Source of the DNA: a virus
Taxonomy: Duplodnaviria; Caudoviricetes
Strand: one strand, 5' to 3'
IMG/VR virus record: IMGVR_UViG_3300005805_000445
Span: 1-25,346 of that record
Length of the DNA: 25,346 bases
The notes under the pieces: generated by a model
The model's database searches: none
Seen by the model: the letters and a program-made list of their open reading frames with translations, nothing else
What the model was told of the DNA's origin: nothing
Position numbers and translations under genes: made by a program
In this document: in pieces, positions 22,323 through 25,346 of the stretch
How the letters are laid out: every line of letters starts with the position of its first letter
Numbering within the stretch: position 1 is the first letter of the stretch

Positions 22323-25300
22323 ATGTCTCAGCAAACTAATCTCAATGTAGCACCATATTTTGATGACTTTAATCCAGATAATGATTATTATAGGGTTCTT
22401 TTTAAACCAGGATATCCAGTACAAGCTAGAGAATTAACAACTTTACAATCAATCCTACAAAATCAGATTGAAAAGTTTGGGCAGCACTTCTTTAAAGAAG
22501 GTGCTAAGGTAATTCCAGGTAATACTGGCTACAATGCGATATATTATGCAATACAGTTAGAAAACACATATCTTGGGGTTCCAGTTGCTGCATATGCTGA
22601 TCAACTTATCGGAGCAAAAATTACTGGAAGAACTTCTGGGGTTACCGCAGTAGTTGATAAAGTTCTTTTACCACAAGACTCTGAGAGAGGTAATCTCACA
22701 CTTTATATCAATTATTTAACTTCAAGTACTCAAAATAATTCCACACAGCAATTTTCTGATGGAGAGGTTTTAACTGCAAATATAACCATAACATCAGGAC
22801 TATTAGGAAACACTGCGATTGCTTCTGGAGAAGGATTTGCTACCACTATTGCAAATAACGCCGCTGCCGTTGGATCCTCATTCAATATTTCCGAGGGTGT
22901 TTACTTTATTCGTGGTCAGTTTGTTAATGTAAATACTGAAACACTTATTCTCGATCAATACACAAATAGACCAAACTATAGAATTGGTCTTTATATTGAT
23001 GAGCAGATAGTTACGTCAGATGTTGATGAAACTTTAAATGATAACTCACAAGGAAATAATAATTATGCAGCTCCTGGAGCTGATAGATTAAAAATATCAG
23101 TATTTTTATTTAAAAAGAGCCTCACAGATTTTGATGATACGAACTTTGTAGAACTAGCAACTGTTGTAGACGGCGTTCTTAGAACAAAAACTTTACCAAG
23201 TGCATATAACTCATTAACTGACGAACTCGCAAGAAGAACATATGCGGAGTCGGGAGATTATGTCGTATCTCCTTTTGAGATAACAACAAAAGAATCTCTT
23301 AATAATAATAGAGGAAATAGAGGAATATTCAATAAAGGACAGTTCACTTATGGTGGTGCAACCCCAAGTGATAATCTTGCCGTATATCAAATATCTCCGG
23401 GAAAAGCATTTGTTAGGGGATATGAGGTAGATGTTATTGGTACAACATTTTTAGATGTTGATAAACCAAGAACAACACAAACACTAGAAAATCAATCTAT
23501 AGTTTATAATACAGGTGCAACTCTAAGACTAAACAGAGTATATGGAGCACCTAAAGTTGGTTTAGGTAATACTTTTGTCCTTAGTTTAAGGGATGAAAGA
23601 GTTGGAAGTGCAACTGAAACTGCTGCGGGAAAGGAAATAGGTGTTGCTAGGGTTTATGATTATAGGTTAGAGTCTGGAACATATAACTCATCAAACAAAA
23701 ATCTAAATGAATGGCATGTATCTTTATATGATGTTCAAACTTTTACGAATATTACTTTAAACAATCCATCCACTTTTTCTATCCCAACTTTTGTAAAAGG
23801 AAATAACAGTGGAGCTACTGCGTTCTTAAAAGATGCAGTAACTGTAGGGACTGCACTAACTTTATATGATGTAAAAGGATCTTTCATTCCTAATGAGTCA
23901 CTTTCATTTGATGGTATTGATTCTGGATTGATTAGTATTGCAGTAACATCTTATGGAATTTCTAATGTAAAATCAGTTTATGGATTGGTAAGTGCGGCAT
24001 CAACTTTTAATGCCGACACAATACAATCTACTGCGTTTAATATCGGAATTGCCACAGTTAGTGTATCATCAAGTGGAGTTAGCACTGTAAAGAGTCCAAA
24101 TGGACTTTTCCCAGGCGTCATTAAGATAAATGATCTAGTACAATATTCAGATACTTCAAGATCTGCAGATCCAATTTTTGCGAAAGTAACTGGAGTTGGA
24201 TCATCGGACATTTCTATAGTTGGTGTCACTCCAGTAAGTGGTATAGCAAGTGGGATTTTACCATCCTCTTCATTAAACGTAACTGATTTTAAAGTTCTTA
24301 GAACAAATTTAGAATCATCTGTAGACAATACTTTATACACTAAGCTTCCAAAAAATAATATTTCAAATGTAGACATCTCAAATTCTACTTTAAATATCCG
24401 TAAAACTTTTACAGTTAATATTTCTGACAATCAACTTTCAGCAAATGTTACTGCTGGAACAAATGAGACATTTTTACCATTCAGTGAAAAAAGATATTCT
24501 TTAATCAGATCTGATGGAACTACAGAAACATTAACATTAGATAGATTTGCTTTTATTGCTGGTGGAACTCAACTACAGATTTACAACTTAGGAAGTAATG
24601 ATACTGGCGCAACTTTAACTGCAACTCTGCAAAAAATAAAACCAAAATCAAAAGTCAAGAGAAAAAATAGAGTAAATTCTATTCTAATCAGCAATTCCAA
24701 ATACGAAGGATCTGGTATTGGTGGAACAACTTTAAACGACGGATTAGTGTATGGAAATTATCCATTCGGAACTAGAGTTCAGGATGAGATAATATCATTA
24801 AATGTTCCTGATATTGTAGAAATACATGGAATATATGAGTCAGCAGACACTTCTGACCCGTCTGCACCTAAAGTTGTTTTGGCATCAATCACAAGCCCCT
24901 CATCTACTACCTCAGAGTTGATTGTTGGGGAAGAGATTGTTGGTTCAACTAGTGGAGCAATAGCAATAGTTGCGGAAAAACTAACAGCATCTCAGATTTC
25001 CTTCGTATACAAAAATCAAAATGTATTTAATGAGGGTGAGGTATTAACCTTCAGTGAAAGCAAAATCAATGCTCAAATAGTTACTTTAGACACTCCAAGT
25101 TTTGATACATCATTTAACTATACATTTAATAATGGACAAAATGGAAGCTCATATAACCACGGTTATATAACAAGAAAGGGTGGTGTTTCTGAGCCAACTA
25201 AAAAGTTAAAGGTTTATTTTAGCAGTGGATATTATGAATCAACAGATGATGGTGATCTAACTACAGTAAATTCTTATAATACTTTTGATTATGGATTAGA

Positions 25301-25346
25301 AATTGCAAATATCAATAATACAAGAGTATCTGATATTATTGATATT
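22323..25346 (+). CDS. vrlC: VrlC-like / DUF4815 virion structural protein (5' part, runs off window)
   Basis: Not in the ORF track (no stop in window). Starts MSQQTNLNVAPYFDDFNPDNDYYRVLFKPGYPVQARELTTLQSILQNQIEKFG; contains NYAAPGADRLKI and LARRTYAESGDY; last codons in frame read RVSDIIDI. Confidence 0.88.
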   Translation, partial: MSQQTNLNVAPYFDDFNPDNDYYRVLFKPGYPVQARELTTLQSILQNQIEKFGQHFFKEGAKVIPGNTGYNAIYYAIQLENTYLGVPVAAYADQLIGAKITGRTSGVTAVVDKVLLPQDSERGNLTLYINYLTSSTQNNSTQQFSDGEVLTANITITSGLLGNTAIASGEGFATTIANNAAAVGSSFNISEGVYFIRGQFVNVNTETLILDQYTNRPNYRIGLYIDEQIVTSDVDETLNDNSQGNNNYAAPGADRLKISVFLFKKSLTDFDDTNFVELATVVDGVLRTKTLPSAYNSLTDELARRTYAESGDYVVSPFEITTKESLNNNRGNRGIFNKGQFTYGGATPSDNLAVYQISPGKAFVRGYEVDVIGTTFLDVDKPRTTQTLENQSIVYNTGATLRLNRVYGAPKVGLGNTFVLSLRDERVGSATETAAGKEIGVARVYDYRLESGTYNSSNKNLNEWHVSLYDVQTFTNITLNNPSTFSIPTFVKGNNSGATAFLKDAVTVGTALTLYDVKGSFIPNESLSFDGIDSGLISIAVTSYGISNVKSVYGLVSAASTFNADTIQSTAFNIGIATVSVSSSGVSTVKSPNGLFPGVIKINDLVQYSDTSRSADPIFAKVTGVGSSDISIVGVTPVSGIASGILPSSSLNVTDFKVLRTNLESSVDNTLYTKLPKNNISNVDISNSTLNIRKTFTVNISDNQLSANVTAGTNETFLPFSEKRYSLIRSDGTTETLTLDRFAFIAGGTQLQIYNLGSNDTGATLTATLQKIKPKSKVKRKNRVNSILISNSKYEGSGIGGTTLNDGLVYGNYPFGTRVQDEIISLNVPDIVEIHGIYESADTSDPSAPKVVLASITSPSSTTSELIVGEEIVGSTSGAIAIVAEKLTASQISFVYKNQNVFNEGEVLTFSESKINAQIVTLDTPSFDTSFNYTFNNGQNGSSYNHGYITRKGGVSEPTKKLKVYFSSGYYESTDDGDLTTVNSYNTFDYGLEIANINNTRVSDIIDI

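Noticed and set aside
7489-24430. Short minus-strand ORFs within gp6, gp7, gp8 and VrlC, including 23978..24430
   Set aside because: Expected antisense ORFs of long Ser/Thr/Gly-rich genes; 22323-25346 is occupied by the + strand VrlC-like frame.

Overview
A segment of a T4-like cyanophage (cyanomyovirus) genome, with every credible gene on the + strand. (1) 1-3906 is an accessory, early-type region of about 16 small ORFs (44-114 aa; many are missing from the supplied ORF track). It is punctuated by five near-identical 38-bp elements, ATTAAAGTTACTCACCTYSAAAGTGTCCTAGTAGTATS, each lying between a stop codon and the next start. (2) Two non-coding islands, about 1930-2310 and 3907-4105, are each the target of one of two twin sigma70-type promoters (TTGACA-N17-TATGCT, sharing an identical 13-mer) that point outward in opposite directions. 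The left island has an AT-rich tract and cyanobacterial-type DnaA boxes (TTTTCCACA). The right island has GC-rich palindromes and hairpins. Together they form a candidate bipartite replication origin or a pair of ncRNAs. (3) 4108-6300 holds cyanophage hypotheticals, including a DxD glycosyltransferase-like gene. (4) 6325-end is the late baseplate module: gp25, gp6, a 4031-aa gp7-like protein, gp8 and a VrlC/DUF4815-like protein truncated by the window, with TAAATA late promoters. All assignments come from reading motifs by eye; no database search was run.
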